From an uncultured Actinomycetota bacterium (GTDB taxonomy: Bacteria; Actinomycetota; Actinomycetes; Streptomycetales; Streptomycetaceae), in NCBI GenBank assembly GCA_963799685.1, contig CAWCXW010000002.1:46958-110957 (forward strand): a stretch of 64,000 nucleotides of DNA. The letters are read 5' to 3'. Every line of letters starts with the position of its first letter. The stretch's first letter is position 1. The position numbers and the translations under genes were made by a program. Shown here piece by piece: positions 1 to 9,611 of this stretch. Under the pieces are notes generated by a model that did not search any database, was not told where the DNA came from, and was given only the letters and a program-made list of their open reading frames with translations.

Positions 1-408
1 GCGCACTTCCGGACCACCGGCGAGTATCACGCCGGCCACCGCCACCAGGATGCCGGCGATCTGCAGCCCTCCCGGCCGGGCCCCCAGCAGCAGGCCCGCC
101 GTCACCGGCACGACGACCGCCAGCGACGCGAGCGGCGAGACCACCCCCATCGGCCCCTGGGCGAGCGCCCGGTAGAAGGCCAGCATCGCGACCGGTCCCA
201 CCACGCCCGCCGCCACCGCGAACCACAGTTGCGGTCCCCACTGCGGCCGCCCGCCGGTGACCACGACGAGTCCGCCGAGTACCAGCGCGGCCAGCGTCTG
301 CGAGACGACGACCACGGTCAGCGCCGGCATCCGCCGGGTGAGCAGCCCGCCCCCGAAGTCGGCCAGCCCCCACAGCAGGCTGGTGGCCAGGGCCAGGGCT
401 GCGGTCAT
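1..408 (-). CDS. EamA/DMT family transporter, runs off the window edge
   Basis: Not in ORF track. ATG at 408 reads MTAALALATSLLWGLADFGGGLLTRRMPALTVVVVSQ, a hydrophobic EamA-type N-terminus. GAGGTG RBS upstream; divergent from the XRE regulator. Confidence 0.8.
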   Translation of the reverse strand, partial: MTAALALATSLLWGLADFGGGLLTRRMPALTVVVVSQTLAALVLGGLVVVTGGRPQWGPQLWFAVAAGVVGPVAMLAFYRALAQGPMGVVSPLASLAVVVPVTAGLLLGARPGGLQIAGILVAVAGVILAGGPEVR

Positions 409-457
409 GAGGACACCTCGCAGTACAGTGTGGTGAACGATGTAGTGCAGCCCACCG

Positions 458-496
458 TAGTTCATTTAACTGAACTATTTCATCCAGCATATTGGA
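458..496. promoter_or_regulatory. Two tandem inverted repeats, candidate operators of the XRE-cupin regulator
   Basis: TAGTTCA-N6-TGAACTA (458-477) and TCCA-N6-TGGA (483-496) in the AT-rich divergent spacer. Confidence 0.5.
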
Positions 497-511
497 CGGT
501 GTAGTCGTCAC

Positions 512-1084
512 GTGACGGATCTCGACCACCTCACCCAGTCCCTCGCGCGCAACCTCAGGCGCTGGCGGCAGGAACGCGGCTTCACCCTGGACGCGCTGGC
601 GGCGCGAGCCGGCGTGAGCCGCGGCATGCTCATCCAGATCGAGCAGGCGCGGACCAACCCCAGCGTCGGCACCGTCGTGAAGGTCGCCGACGCCCTGGGG
701 GTGTCGCTCACCACCCTGCTTGACTTCGACACCGAGCCGCAGGTGCGCATCGTCCCGCCCGGGCAGGCCGTGCGGCTGTGGTCCACAGACGCCGGCAGCC
801 ACAGCACCCTCCTCGCCGGCGTGGAGGCGCCCGGCCCGCTGGAGCTGTGGGCGTGGCGGCTGATGCCGGGGGAGTCCAGCACCTCCGACGCGCACCCGCA
901 GGGCGCCACCGAACTCGTGCACGTCACCGCCGGAGTGCTCACCCTGGTCGCCGACGGCACCCCGTACGAGATCGCCGCGGGTTCCTCGGCGTCCTTCGAG
1001 TCCCATGTGCCGCACGGCTACGGCAACGACGGCGACGTTCCGGTGGAGATGACCATGGCCGTCGCTGTGCCGCCGCCGTGCTGA
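512..1084 (+). CDS. XRE-family HTH regulator with C-terminal cupin domain
   Basis: LARNLRRWRQERGFTLDALAARAGVSRGMLIQIEQARTNPS HTH; cupin motif HPQGATE...HGYGN. Confidence 0.9.
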   Translation: MTDLDHLTQSLARNLRRWRQERGFTLDALAARAGVSRGMLIQIEQARTNPSVGTVVKVADALGVSLTTLLDFDTEPQVRIVPPGQAVRLWSTDAGSHSTLLAGVEAPGPLELWAWRLMPGESSTSDAHPQGATELVHVTAGVLTLVADGTPYEIAAGSSASFESHVPHGYGNDGDVPVEMTMAVAVPPPC

Positions 1085-1102
1085 CCCGCTGCGGGCCGCC
1101 GC

Positions 1103-1510
1103 TCAGCCCAGCCGCGGGATCTCGATGGCCGGGCAGCGGTCCATCACCATGTCCAGGCCGGCCCTCCGGGTCCGTCCGCAGGCCGCCTCGTCGATCACTC
1201 CGAGCTGGAACCAGACGGCCTTCGCGCCGATCCGCACCGCCTCGTCTGCCACCGGACCAGCCAGCGAGGAGTCGACGAAGACATCGACCACGTCCACCGG
1301 AAAGGGAACGTCCCCGAGCCTCGCGTAGCCCTGCTCCCCGTGCACCGTCTCCGCCTTCGGATGCACCGGGACGATCCGCTTGCCGTAGCGCTGCAGTACC
1401 TTCGCCACACCGTGTGCCGCCCGTCGTTCGTTGTTCGACAGCCCGACCACCGCCCAGGTGTCGCCGGTCTCGGTGAGGATCCTGCGGATCGTCTCTGCGT
1501 CTGCGTACAT
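1103..1510 (-). CDS. CoA-binding protein (YccU-like)
   Basis: WAVVGLSNN...PVHP...VDVVDVF...KAVWFQLGV...MDRCP; start moved to ATG 1510. Confidence 0.88.
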   Translation of the reverse strand: MYADAETIRRILTETGDTWAVVGLSNNERRAAHGVAKVLQRYGKRIVPVHPKAETVHGEQGYARLGDVPFPVDVVDVFVDSSLAGPVADEAVRIGAKAVWFQLGVIDEAACGRTRRAGLDMVMDRCPAIEIPRLG

Positions 1511-1571
1511 GCCCGGCACAACCGCGAGGCCGCCCTCCGGCATTCCCCCGGGAACGGCATAGGCTGCCGAC

Positions 1572-2207
1572 ATGCAGGAGGAGTACGAAACGGTCGCCCG
1601 CGAAGGCGAGCACGAGACCGAGGTCAAAGGGTCGCGGTTCCTGTGCCTGCTCGCCCCCGCCGCCGACGAGGCCCGGGCACGGCAGGTGATCGCCGGCGTG
1701 CGTGCCGCGCACCCCTCCGCCAACCACCACTGCTGGGCTTACGTGCTCGGCGCCGACAGCGCCGTCCAGCGCAGCAGCGACGACGGGGAGCCCGGCGGAA
1801 CCGCCGGGCTCCCGATGCTCCAGATGCTCAGCCGGCGCGGAGTGCGGTGCGCCGTCGCCGTCGTCACCCGCTACTTCGGCGGCACCAGACTGGGCGCCGG
1901 CGGTCTCGCCCGTGCCTATGGCGGAGCGGTCGGCGAGGCGCTGGACGTGCTCGGCACGGTCACCCGGCAGCGGCTGCGCCTGATACGGGTGACCACGGAC
2001 CATCAGCGGGCCGGCCGGCTGGAGAACGACCTGCGGGCGGCCGGCCGTGACGTGCGCGAGGTCCGCTACGGCAACGAGGTCGACATCGAAGTGGCCCTCC
2101 CCGCAAGGGATGTGGACTCCTTCGGGGCCTGGCTCGCCGACGTCACGTCCGGCACGGCCGTCCTCGTCCTCGGCGAGGACACCTACGGCACGGCCGCGGG
2201 CGGCTGA
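1572..2207 (+). CDS. yigZ: YigZ/IMPACT family protein
   Basis: EVKGSRF, ANHHCWAY, SDDGEPGGTAG, VVTRYFGGTRLGAGGLARAY motifs. Confidence 0.9.
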   Translation: MQEEYETVAREGEHETEVKGSRFLCLLAPAADEARARQVIAGVRAAHPSANHHCWAYVLGADSAVQRSSDDGEPGGTAGLPMLQMLSRRGVRCAVAVVTRYFGGTRLGAGGLARAYGGAVGEALDVLGTVTRQRLRLIRVTTDHQRAGRLENDLRAAGRDVREVRYGNEVDIEVALPARDVDSFGAWLADVTSGTAVLVLGEDTYGTAAGG

Positions 2208-2299
2208 CCCTCGCCGGATCTGAGGGGCACCCGCCCCGCACCCCGTCCAGCGCCCGTGTGACAGTGGGGGAGGCAGCGAAGGCACGAAGGGAGCCGCGC

Positions 2300-3631
2300 A
2301 TGGAGAGCCGTACGGCGTTGGTCGAGGACCTGATGGGGCGCTTCCCGCACGTGCCGCGGGAGGCGGTCATCAAGGAGGACCTGCTGCGCGGTGGGATCGC
2401 CTTCGACGACTCCGCGCTCAGCGGCAACGAGGACGGCGACGTCAAGCCGAAGTCCTACTTCATCTTCTCCTTCGACCACCGCACCCTCCCCGAACTCGGC
2501 GAGGCCGCACTGCGCCGCCCGCCGGAGGAGATCGTGCTCACCGGCGGGCCGTACGGGATGCGCCGCACCGTTGTCTCGGTGCGGGTCAACCCGTCCTCCC
2601 CCTACCGCGTGAAGCCGGGTGAGTCCGGGGTGCTGGGCCTCTACCTGGAGGGCCGGCACATCGCCGACGTCGGTCTCCCCCCGATGCCGGAGTACTACCG
2701 GCACACCCTGGCGGGCGGGAAGTCCGTGATGGAGGTCGCCCCGACCATCCAGTGGGGCTACCTGATCTACCTGACGGTCTTCCGGGTCTGCCAGTATTTC
2801 GGTGCCAAGGAGGAGTGCCAGTACTGCGACATCAACCACAACTGGCGCCAGCACAAGGCAGCCGGGCGCCCCTACACCGGCGTCAAGCCGGTCGAGGAGG
2901 TGCTCGAGGCACTGGAGATCATCGACAGGCACGACACCGCCGGGGCGTCGACCGCCTACACCCTCACCGGAGGCGCCGTCACCTCGAAGGTGGCCGGCAA
3001 GGACGAGGCCGATTTCTACGGCCAGTACGCTCGCGCCATCGAGGAACGCTTCCCCGGCCGCTGGATCGGCAAGGTCGTCGCCCAGGCTCTGCCCAAGGCC
3101 GACGTCCAGCGCTTCCACGACTACGGCGTGCGCATTTACCACCCCAACTACGAGGTGTGGGACAGGCGGCTGTTCGAGCTGTACTGCCCCGGCAAGGAGC
3201 GGTACGTCGGCCGCGACGAGTGGCACCGGCGCATCCTGGACTCCGCCGAGGTCTTCGGCCCGCGCAACGTCATCCCCAACTTCGTGGCGGGCGTGGAGAT
3301 GGCCGAGCCTTTCGGTTTCACCACGGTGAATGAGGCGATCGACTCCACCGGAGAGGGCCTGCACTACTTCATGTCCCGGGGCATCACCCCCCGCTTCACC
3401 ACCTGGTGCCCGGAGCCCACCACGCCTCTGGGCAAGTCCAACCCGAACGGGGCGCCGCTGGAGTACCACATCCGGCTGCTGGACACCTACCGTGCGACCC
3501 TGCAGGAGTACGGCCTCACCTCACCTCCCGGTTACGGCCCGCCCGGTCCCGGGCGTGCGGTCTTCTCCGTCAGTTCCTTCATGGACAGTCTGCCGCTGGA
3601 GGACGCACCGGCGGTCACCCCGGCTCCCTGA
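2300..3631 (+). CDS. Radical SAM-like protein with CX8CX2C motif, function unknown
   Basis: RVCQYFGAKEECQYCDIN, YTLTGG SAM motif, YHPNYEVWD and NFVAG barrel segments; strong GC3 bias; GAAGGGAG RBS before ATG 2300. Confidence 0.75.
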   Translation: MESRTALVEDLMGRFPHVPREAVIKEDLLRGGIAFDDSALSGNEDGDVKPKSYFIFSFDHRTLPELGEAALRRPPEEIVLTGGPYGMRRTVVSVRVNPSSPYRVKPGESGVLGLYLEGRHIADVGLPPMPEYYRHTLAGGKSVMEVAPTIQWGYLIYLTVFRVCQYFGAKEECQYCDINHNWRQHKAAGRPYTGVKPVEEVLEALEIIDRHDTAGASTAYTLTGGAVTSKVAGKDEADFYGQYARAIEERFPGRWIGKVVAQALPKADVQRFHDYGVRIYHPNYEVWDRRLFELYCPGKERYVGRDEWHRRILDSAEVFGPRNVIPNFVAGVEMAEPFGFTTVNEAIDSTGEGLHYFMSRGITPRFTTWCPEPTTPLGKSNPNGAPLEYHIRLLDTYRATLQEYGLTSPPGYGPPGPGRAVFSVSSFMDSLPLEDAPAVTPAP

Positions 3632-3674
3632 GCCGCCGGACGGACTGTCAGAGGCGGCTGGTACACCTGCTCCC

Positions 3675-4841
3675 GTGAGACTCCTGCACACCTCCGACTG
3701 GCATCTGGGCCGGAACTTCCACCGGGTCAGCCTCCTCGACGACCAGCGCGCGTTCCTCGACCACCTCGTGCAGGCGGCCGGGGAACACCGCGTCGACGCG
3801 GTCCTCGTGGCCGGCGACGTCTACGACCGGGCCGTCCCGCCGTTGGCGGCCGTCCGGCTCTTCGACGACGCCCTGCACCGGCTCGCGGCCATCGGCGTTC
3901 CGGTGGTGATGACCTCCGGAAACCACGACTCCGCGCCCCGGCTCGGGGTCGGCGCCGGCCTGCTGAGCCGGGCCGGCGTCCACCTGCGCACCGACCCGGC
4001 CGAGTGCGGCACTCCGGTGCTGCTGACGGACCCGCACGGCCAGGTCGCCGTCTACGGCCTGCCCTATCTCGAGCCGGTGCTGACCGGAGAGACACTGGGC
4101 GCCGAACGGCGCAGCCACACCGCAGTCCTGACCGCCGCCATGGACCGGGTGCGGGCCGACCTGGCCGCGCGTCCGGCCGGCACCCGTGCCGTGGTTCTGG
4201 CGCATGCGTTCGTCACCGGCGGCCGGGCATCCGACAGCGAACGCGACATCAGTGTCGGCGGCGTCGCCGCTGTGCCTCCCGCCGTCTTCGACGGCGTCCA
4301 CTACACCGCGCTCGGACACCTGCACGGCTGCCAGACCCTCAGCCCGCGCGTGCGCTACTCCGGCTCCCCGCTCGCCTACTCCTTCTCCGAGGCGGCTCAC
4401 CGCAAGTCGATGTGGCTGGTCGACCTCGACGGCGCCGGCGACATCGCGGCCGAACGCCTCGACTGCCCCGTTCCGCGCCCGCTGGCCCGGCTGCGCGGCA
4501 CGCTCGGGCAGCTCCTGGAGGAGCCCGGGTACGAGCGGCACCACGCGTCGTGGGTGGAGGCCACCCTCACCGACCCGGTCCGGCCCGCCGAGCCGATGGC
4601 CCGCCTCGCCGAACGCTTCCCGCACATCCTGCACCTGACCTTCGAACCCGAGGGATCCGAGACCGCCACGGTCGGCGGCTACGCGCAGCGGATGCGAGGC
4701 CGCAGCGAACAGCAGATCGCCGAGGACTTCGTGGCACACGTGCGCGCCGGCCGGGAAGCCGACCCTGCCGAACAGCGTCTTCTGCACGAGGCGTTCGACT
4801 CCGTCCGGACCGCGGAAACCGTCGGGGAGGGCGTCAGGTGA
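3675..4841 (+). CDS. sbcD: Exonuclease SbcCD subunit D
   Basis: RLLHTSDWHLG, AGDVYD, SGNHDS, ALGHLH, YSGSPLAYSFSE phosphoesterase motifs; GTG 3675. Confidence 0.95.
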   Translation: MRLLHTSDWHLGRNFHRVSLLDDQRAFLDHLVQAAGEHRVDAVLVAGDVYDRAVPPLAAVRLFDDALHRLAAIGVPVVMTSGNHDSAPRLGVGAGLLSRAGVHLRTDPAECGTPVLLTDPHGQVAVYGLPYLEPVLTGETLGAERRSHTAVLTAAMDRVRADLAARPAGTRAVVLAHAFVTGGRASDSERDISVGGVAAVPPAVFDGVHYTALGHLHGCQTLSPRVRYSGSPLAYSFSEAAHRKSMWLVDLDGAGDIAAERLDCPVPRPLARLRGTLGQLLEEPGYERHHASWVEATLTDPVRPAEPMARLAERFPHILHLTFEPEGSETATVGGYAQRMRGRSEQQIAEDFVAHVRAGREADPAEQRLLHEAFDSVRTAETVGEGVR

Positions 4842-7800
4842 GACTCCACAGGCTGACCCTCACGGCCTTCGGGCCCTTCGCCGCCACCCAGCGCGTCGAC
4901 TTCGACGCCCTGGCCTCCGCCGGACTGTTCCTGCTGCAGGGTGCGACCGGCGCCGGCAAGACCTCCGTGCTCGATGCCGTGTGCTTCGCCCTGTACGGCA
5001 GGGTACCCGGGGCCCGTCAGCAGCCCGGTGGGGTCCTGCGCAGCCACCACGCCGCCCTCGGCGTCCGCACCGAGGTAACCCTCGACTTCACCCTCGGCGG
5101 GCGACGCCTGGAGGTCACCCGCAGCCCGGAACAACTGCGTCCCAAGGCCCGGGGGAGCGGCCTGACCAGGGAACGTGCCCACTCCACGCTGCGCGAATGG
5201 GACCCGGTCGCCGCGCGGTGGAAGGCGCTGAGCGGTTCGCACCAGGAGATCGGCCTGGAGATCGAGCAACTGCTCGGCATGACGTGCGGTCAGTTCTGTC
5301 AGGTGGTCCTCCTCCCGCAGGGCGACTTCCACCGCTTCCTGCGCGCCGGCGCCGAGGAACGGGCGGCCCTCCTCGGGCGGCTCTTCGGCACCGAGCGTTT
5401 CGCCGGCGTGGAGGACGAACTCGCCCGGATGCGCCGCGCCGCCCACGAAGACGTGCGCGCCGGAGAGCAGCGGCTGCTGGGACTGACCCATCGCATCCGG
5501 CAGGCGTCCGGCCAGGAGGATTCCGGCGCCGCGGCGCTGCCTGACCAGCGCGGCGGCGAGGACTCCGATCCGGCGCCGTCGGCCGACGAGGTCCTCGCCC
5601 ATGCCGCACGGGCCCGCAGCGCCGCGCGGGAACGCCGGGACATCGCCGCGATCGCGCTGCGCGCGGCCGAGGAGCGGCATGACGGCGACCGGCGCCGGCA
5701 CGACGAACAGCGGGAACTGCACCGCCTCCAGCAGCGGTACGCCGAGATCCGCAGCCGGCTGGACGCCCTGGCCGCCGGCCGCGGCGCCCATGAGGAGGAT
5801 GTGCGACGGCTGGACCGGGCCCACTCCGCCGCCGCCGTGGCTCCCGCGGCGCGCCTGCACGCCGCCGCACGAGCCGACCGCAGGCGCGCCGAGGCCGCCG
5901 AGGCCGGCGCTCGTGACCTGCTCACCGCCGATGACGCTTGCGCCGCCATGGACGAGCTCACCGCACGGGAGCGCGCCGCGCGTCAGGAACTCGGCGCCCT
6001 CGCCCCGGCCCGGCGCGCCGAGGCACGCCGCACCCGGATCGACCACGAACTCGCCGTGCTGGCGCGGGAGTCGCACGTCGACGAGGAGACGCTCCGGGAG
6101 GCCGCCGACTGGCTGTCGGGCTGGGAGGACCTGCGCGCCGCCGGGCTCGGACGTCTCGCCCGCGCCCAGGAGGCCGCCGCTCGCGCCGAGCGGCTGGCCG
6201 GGCAGCTTGAACCGGCCGGGCGGCGGCTGACCGCAGCCCGTACCCGGGACCGGCTCCAGCGGCAGCTGCGGGACGCGGAGGCCGGCGCGGAGCAGGCACG
6301 CGACCGCGCCGCCGCCGTCCGGGAGAGCTGGCTCGGCCTGCGGGAACGGCGCCTGGAGGGGCTGGCAGCGGAACTCGCCGCAGAACTGTGCGAGGGCCGT
6401 CCCTGCGCCGTGTGCGGAGCGAAGGACCATCCGGCGCCGGCCCGGCCCAGGCATGGCCACGTCACCCGCCAGGCGGAGGACGACGCGCTGCGTGCCCACC
6501 AGGACGCACAGCAGCGCCGCGAGCGGGCCGCCGGCCTGCTGGAACAGCTGCGGCAGTCACTGACTGCCGCTCGCGCGGACGCCGGCGACGATGCGGCCGA
6601 GGACCTGGCCGCAGCCCTCGGGGAACAGGAGGCCGAGCTCGCCCGGGCTCGTGCACGGGCAGCGGACGCCCACGCCGCGCAGGTCGATCACGCGCAGGCC
6701 GAGCGCGAGCACGACCGGCGCCTGGCGGCCTGCCAGGAAGCCGAGAACCACCTCGCGGCCCACACCTCGCGCCGCGAGACGCTGCTGAGCGAGCGGGCCG
6801 CCCTGGACAAGGAGGTGGCCGCCGTCCGCTGCGGCGCCGCCGGTGTCGCCGAGCGCGCCGTGTTCCTCGAGCGGCGGGCCGCCAGGCTGGCCTCGGCGGC
6901 CGGCGCGGCCCGCACCGCAGCCGACGCCGGCGAGCGGCTGGCCGCCGCGGCCCGGGAACACGAGGAGGCCGCCCGGGAGGCAGGTTTCGACTCGCCCGAG
7001 GCAGCCGGCGCCGCAGCCCTGGATGCTCACGGGCAACAGGCGCTGCGGCAGCGCGTCGAGCGGTGGCATGCCGAGGAGAGCGCCCTGCGGGCCGAGGCAG
7101 CCGAGCCGGAACTGCTGAACGCCGCACAGCGGCAGCCCGCCGGACCGGAGGCGGCCCGGCGCCGGCTGGAGGCCGCCGCAGCCCGGCTGCGTGCCGCCGG
7201 GTCGGCGCTGGACGCCGCCCGCGAGACCTGTGGCGCCCTCGACCGGCTCGGGAAAGCGGCCGCCGATGCCGTGCGCGAGGGCGCTCCGCTGCGCGAGGCG
7301 TACCGGCGGCTCGCCGCCCTGGCCTCCCTCACGGCCGGCACCTCCACGGACAACGCCCACCGGATGAGGCTGGAGACCTACGTGCTGGCCGCACGCCTGG
7401 AACAGATCGCCGCGGCGGCCGGCGTCCGGCTGGCCCGCATGTCCGCCGGCCGCTACACCCTGACCCATTCCGACCGGCGAGCCTCCGGGCGCGGCAGGTC
7501 CGGACTCGGCCTGCACGTCGTCGACTCCTGGACGGGGCAGGAGCGCGACACCGCGACTCTCTCTGGCGGCGAGACCTTCTTCGCCTCCCTCGCCCTGGCC
7601 CTAGGCCTCGCCGACGTGGTCACCGACGAGGCCGGCGGAACCCGGCTGCAGACCCTCTTCATCGACGAGGGTTTCGGCACGCTCGACGAACAGTCCCTCG
7701 ACGAGGTCCTCGACGTGCTCGATTCGCTGCGCGAGCGGGAACGCAGCGTGGGCATCGTCTCGCACGTCGCGGACCTGCGCCGCCGCATCCCGGTGCAGCT

Positions 7801-7864
7801 GGAGGTCGTCAAGGAGCGGGACGGCTCCCGGCTGCGGCACCGTGGTGTGCTCGCAGCCGGGTGA
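4838..7864 (+). CDS. sbcC: Exonuclease SbcCD subunit C (SMC-like ATPase)
   Basis: Walker A GATGAGKT, LPQG, zinc hook CAVCG, LSGGE, Walker B LFIDEGFG; GTGA overlap with sbcD. Confidence 0.95.
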   Translation: MRLHRLTLTAFGPFAATQRVDFDALASAGLFLLQGATGAGKTSVLDAVCFALYGRVPGARQQPGGVLRSHHAALGVRTEVTLDFTLGGRRLEVTRSPEQLRPKARGSGLTRERAHSTLREWDPVAARWKALSGSHQEIGLEIEQLLGMTCGQFCQVVLLPQGDFHRFLRAGAEERAALLGRLFGTERFAGVEDELARMRRAAHEDVRAGEQRLLGLTHRIRQASGQEDSGAAALPDQRGGEDSDPAPSADEVLAHAARARSAARERRDIAAIALRAAEERHDGDRRRHDEQRELHRLQQRYAEIRSRLDALAAGRGAHEEDVRRLDRAHSAAAVAPAARLHAAARADRRRAEAAEAGARDLLTADDACAAMDELTARERAARQELGALAPARRAEARRTRIDHELAVLARESHVDEETLREAADWLSGWEDLRAAGLGRLARAQEAAARAERLAGQLEPAGRRLTAARTRDRLQRQLRDAEAGAEQARDRAAAVRESWLGLRERRLEGLAAELAAELCEGRPCAVCGAKDHPAPARPRHGHVTRQAEDDALRAHQDAQQRRERAAGLLEQLRQSLTAARADAGDDAAEDLAAALGEQEAELARARARAADAHAAQVDHAQAEREHDRRLAACQEAENHLAAHTSRRETLLSERAALDKEVAAVRCGAAGVAERAVFLERRAARLASAAGAARTAADAGERLAAAAREHEEAAREAGFDSPEAAGAAALDAHGQQALRQRVERWHAEESALRAEAAEPELLNAAQRQPAGPEAARRRLEAAAARLRAAGSALDAARETCGALDRLGKAAADAVREGAPLREAYRRLAALASLTAGTSTDNAHRMRLETYVLAARLEQIAAAAGVRLARMSAGRYTLTHSDRRASGRGRSGLGLHVVDSWTGQERDTATLSGGETFFASLALALGLADVVTDEAGGTRLQTLFIDEGFGTLDEQSLDEVLDVLDSLRERERSVGIVSHVADLRRRIPVQLEVVKERDGSRLRHRGVLAAG

Positions 7865-7878
7865 CGCCCCGTCCGTGC

Positions 7879-9579
7879 TCACAGTGCGGAGAGCTCGGCC
7901 TCCAGGTCGTCCAGCCCCAGGGACCCCTGGGACAACGCGGCCATGTGCCACTTCTTCGCGTCGAAAGCGTCGCCGTGCGCGGCCTGCGCCGCCGTCCGGC
8001 CGCGCAGCCAGGCACGCTCGCCCAGTTTGTAGCCGATGGCCTGCCCGGGCATGCCCAGATACCGGACGAGTTCACTCTCCACGAAGTCGGCCGGCCGGCC
8101 GCTGTGCATCCCGAAGAATTCCTGGGCAAGTTCGGGCGTCCACCTCTCGCCCGGGTGGAAGGGCGAGTCACCCGGAATGGCCAGGCCCAGGTGCATGCCG
8201 ATGTCGACGATGACCCGCACCGACCGCATCATCTGCGCGTCCAGGTAGCCCAGCCGCTGTTCGGCGTCGGTGAGGAAGCCCAGCTCGTCCATCAGCCGCT
8301 CGGCGTACAGTGCCCAGCCCTCGGCGTTGGCGGAGACCATGCCCACCGTGGTCTGGTAGCGGGAGAGGTGCTCAGCCACGTGCGCCCACTGAGCCAGCTG
8401 CAGGTGATGGCCCGGTACCCCCTCGTGGTACCAGGTGCTGACCAGGTCGTAGACGGGGAACCGGGTCTCGCCCATCGTGGGCAGCCAGGTCCGCCCGGGG
8501 CGGGAGAAGTCCAGCGACGGCTGGGTGTAGTACGGGGCGGCGGCGCTGCCGGGCGGTGCGATCATCGACTCGACACGCTTGACTCGCTCGGCCAGTTCGA
8601 AGTGCGTGCCGTCCAGCTTCTCGATGGCCTCGTCCATCAGGGACTGCAGCCAGTCCCGAGCGGCCTCCACGCCGTCGACGGCCGTGCCGTGGTCGTCGAG
8701 GTGCCGCAGCGCCTCCCACGGGGTGGCCGCGCCGGGCAGTACCTTTTCGGCCTCGGTGCGCATCTCGGCCAGGATCCGGTGGAACTCCGACCAGCCGTAG
8801 GCGTAGGCCTCTTCCAGGTCCAGATCGGTGCCGTTCCAGTAGCGCGCCCAGCGCGCATACCGCTCGCGGCCCACCGTCTCCGGGGCCCCCTCGACCCCGG
8901 GCGCGTACACGTCGCGCAGCCAGTCCCGCAGCTCCCGCACCGCCCCGGTGGCGGTGGCGGCCGCCTCGTCCAGCTCGTCACGCAGCGCCGGCGAGCCGCC
9001 GGCGACGAAGGTGGCGAACCAGCTGCCGTCGGTGCCCTCGGCGTCCCCGGTCCACTCGTCCAGTTGCCCGACGACCGTGGCCACCTGGCGCGGACCGGCA
9101 GGGAGCCGTTTGGCCAGCCCCGCTTCCAGGGAGGTGCGATAGCCCTCCAGTGCCTCGGGCACCGCCCGCAGCCGGCTCGCGATCGCGGCCCAGTCGTCCT
9201 CGGTCTCGGCCGGAGTGACCGGAAGGATGCCGCGGACCTCGTGCAGGGGGGAGCTGAGGTTGCTCACCGCCCGAAGCCCCTCGTCGGCCTCGTGCATGGC
9301 GAGTTCGGCGGTGAGCCGTTCACGGAGCAGCCGGGCGCAGCGGCGCTCCTGTTCCGCCTCGGCGCCCGGGTGCTTCTCGGCCTCGGCCAGATCGCTCAGA
9401 GTGCGTCGGTTCAGCTCGGCGAGGGCACGCTGTCCTGCGGGTGAGAAGTCCGGCAGCTTCCCGTGGCTGGCGGGGACACCGAGGTAGGTGCCGGTGATCG
9501 GGTCGAGTTCGACGAGTGCGTCGACGTAGGCGTCGGCGACCCCGCGGGGCAGGGACGCGCTGTTGAGTGCATCGGACAT
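7879..9579 (-). CDS. DUF885 family protein (putative metallopeptidase)
   Basis: YHEGVPGHHLQ, EGWALYAE, YLGMPGQAIGYKLG motifs. Confidence 0.9.
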   Translation of the reverse strand: MSDALNSASLPRGVADAYVDALVELDPITGTYLGVPASHGKLPDFSPAGQRALAELNRRTLSDLAEAEKHPGAEAEQERRCARLLRERLTAELAMHEADEGLRAVSNLSSPLHEVRGILPVTPAETEDDWAAIASRLRAVPEALEGYRTSLEAGLAKRLPAGPRQVATVVGQLDEWTGDAEGTDGSWFATFVAGGSPALRDELDEAAATATGAVRELRDWLRDVYAPGVEGAPETVGRERYARWARYWNGTDLDLEEAYAYGWSEFHRILAEMRTEAEKVLPGAATPWEALRHLDDHGTAVDGVEAARDWLQSLMDEAIEKLDGTHFELAERVKRVESMIAPPGSAAAPYYTQPSLDFSRPGRTWLPTMGETRFPVYDLVSTWYHEGVPGHHLQLAQWAHVAEHLSRYQTTVGMVSANAEGWALYAERLMDELGFLTDAEQRLGYLDAQMMRSVRVIVDIGMHLGLAIPGDSPFHPGERWTPELAQEFFGMHSGRPADFVESELVRYLGMPGQAIGYKLGERAWLRGRTAAQAAHGDAFDAKKWHMAALSQGSLGLDDLEAELSAL

Positions 9580-9611
9580 GCACCCATCCTTATCTGCCCA
9601 CGTGCTCCGCG

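Noticed and set aside
2207-2300. Searched for a small precursor peptide for the radical SAM enzyme
   Set aside because: No small ORF with an RBS, and the enzyme lacks recognisable RRE/SPASM features.
4004-9444. Very long alternative ORFs (1286-aa extended SbcC, 6388-9444 at 1018 aa) and the many antisense ORFs across the window
   Set aside because: Typical shadow ORFs of very GC-rich DNA with low-complexity Arg/Pro/Gly/Ala translations; SbcC starts at GTG 4838.
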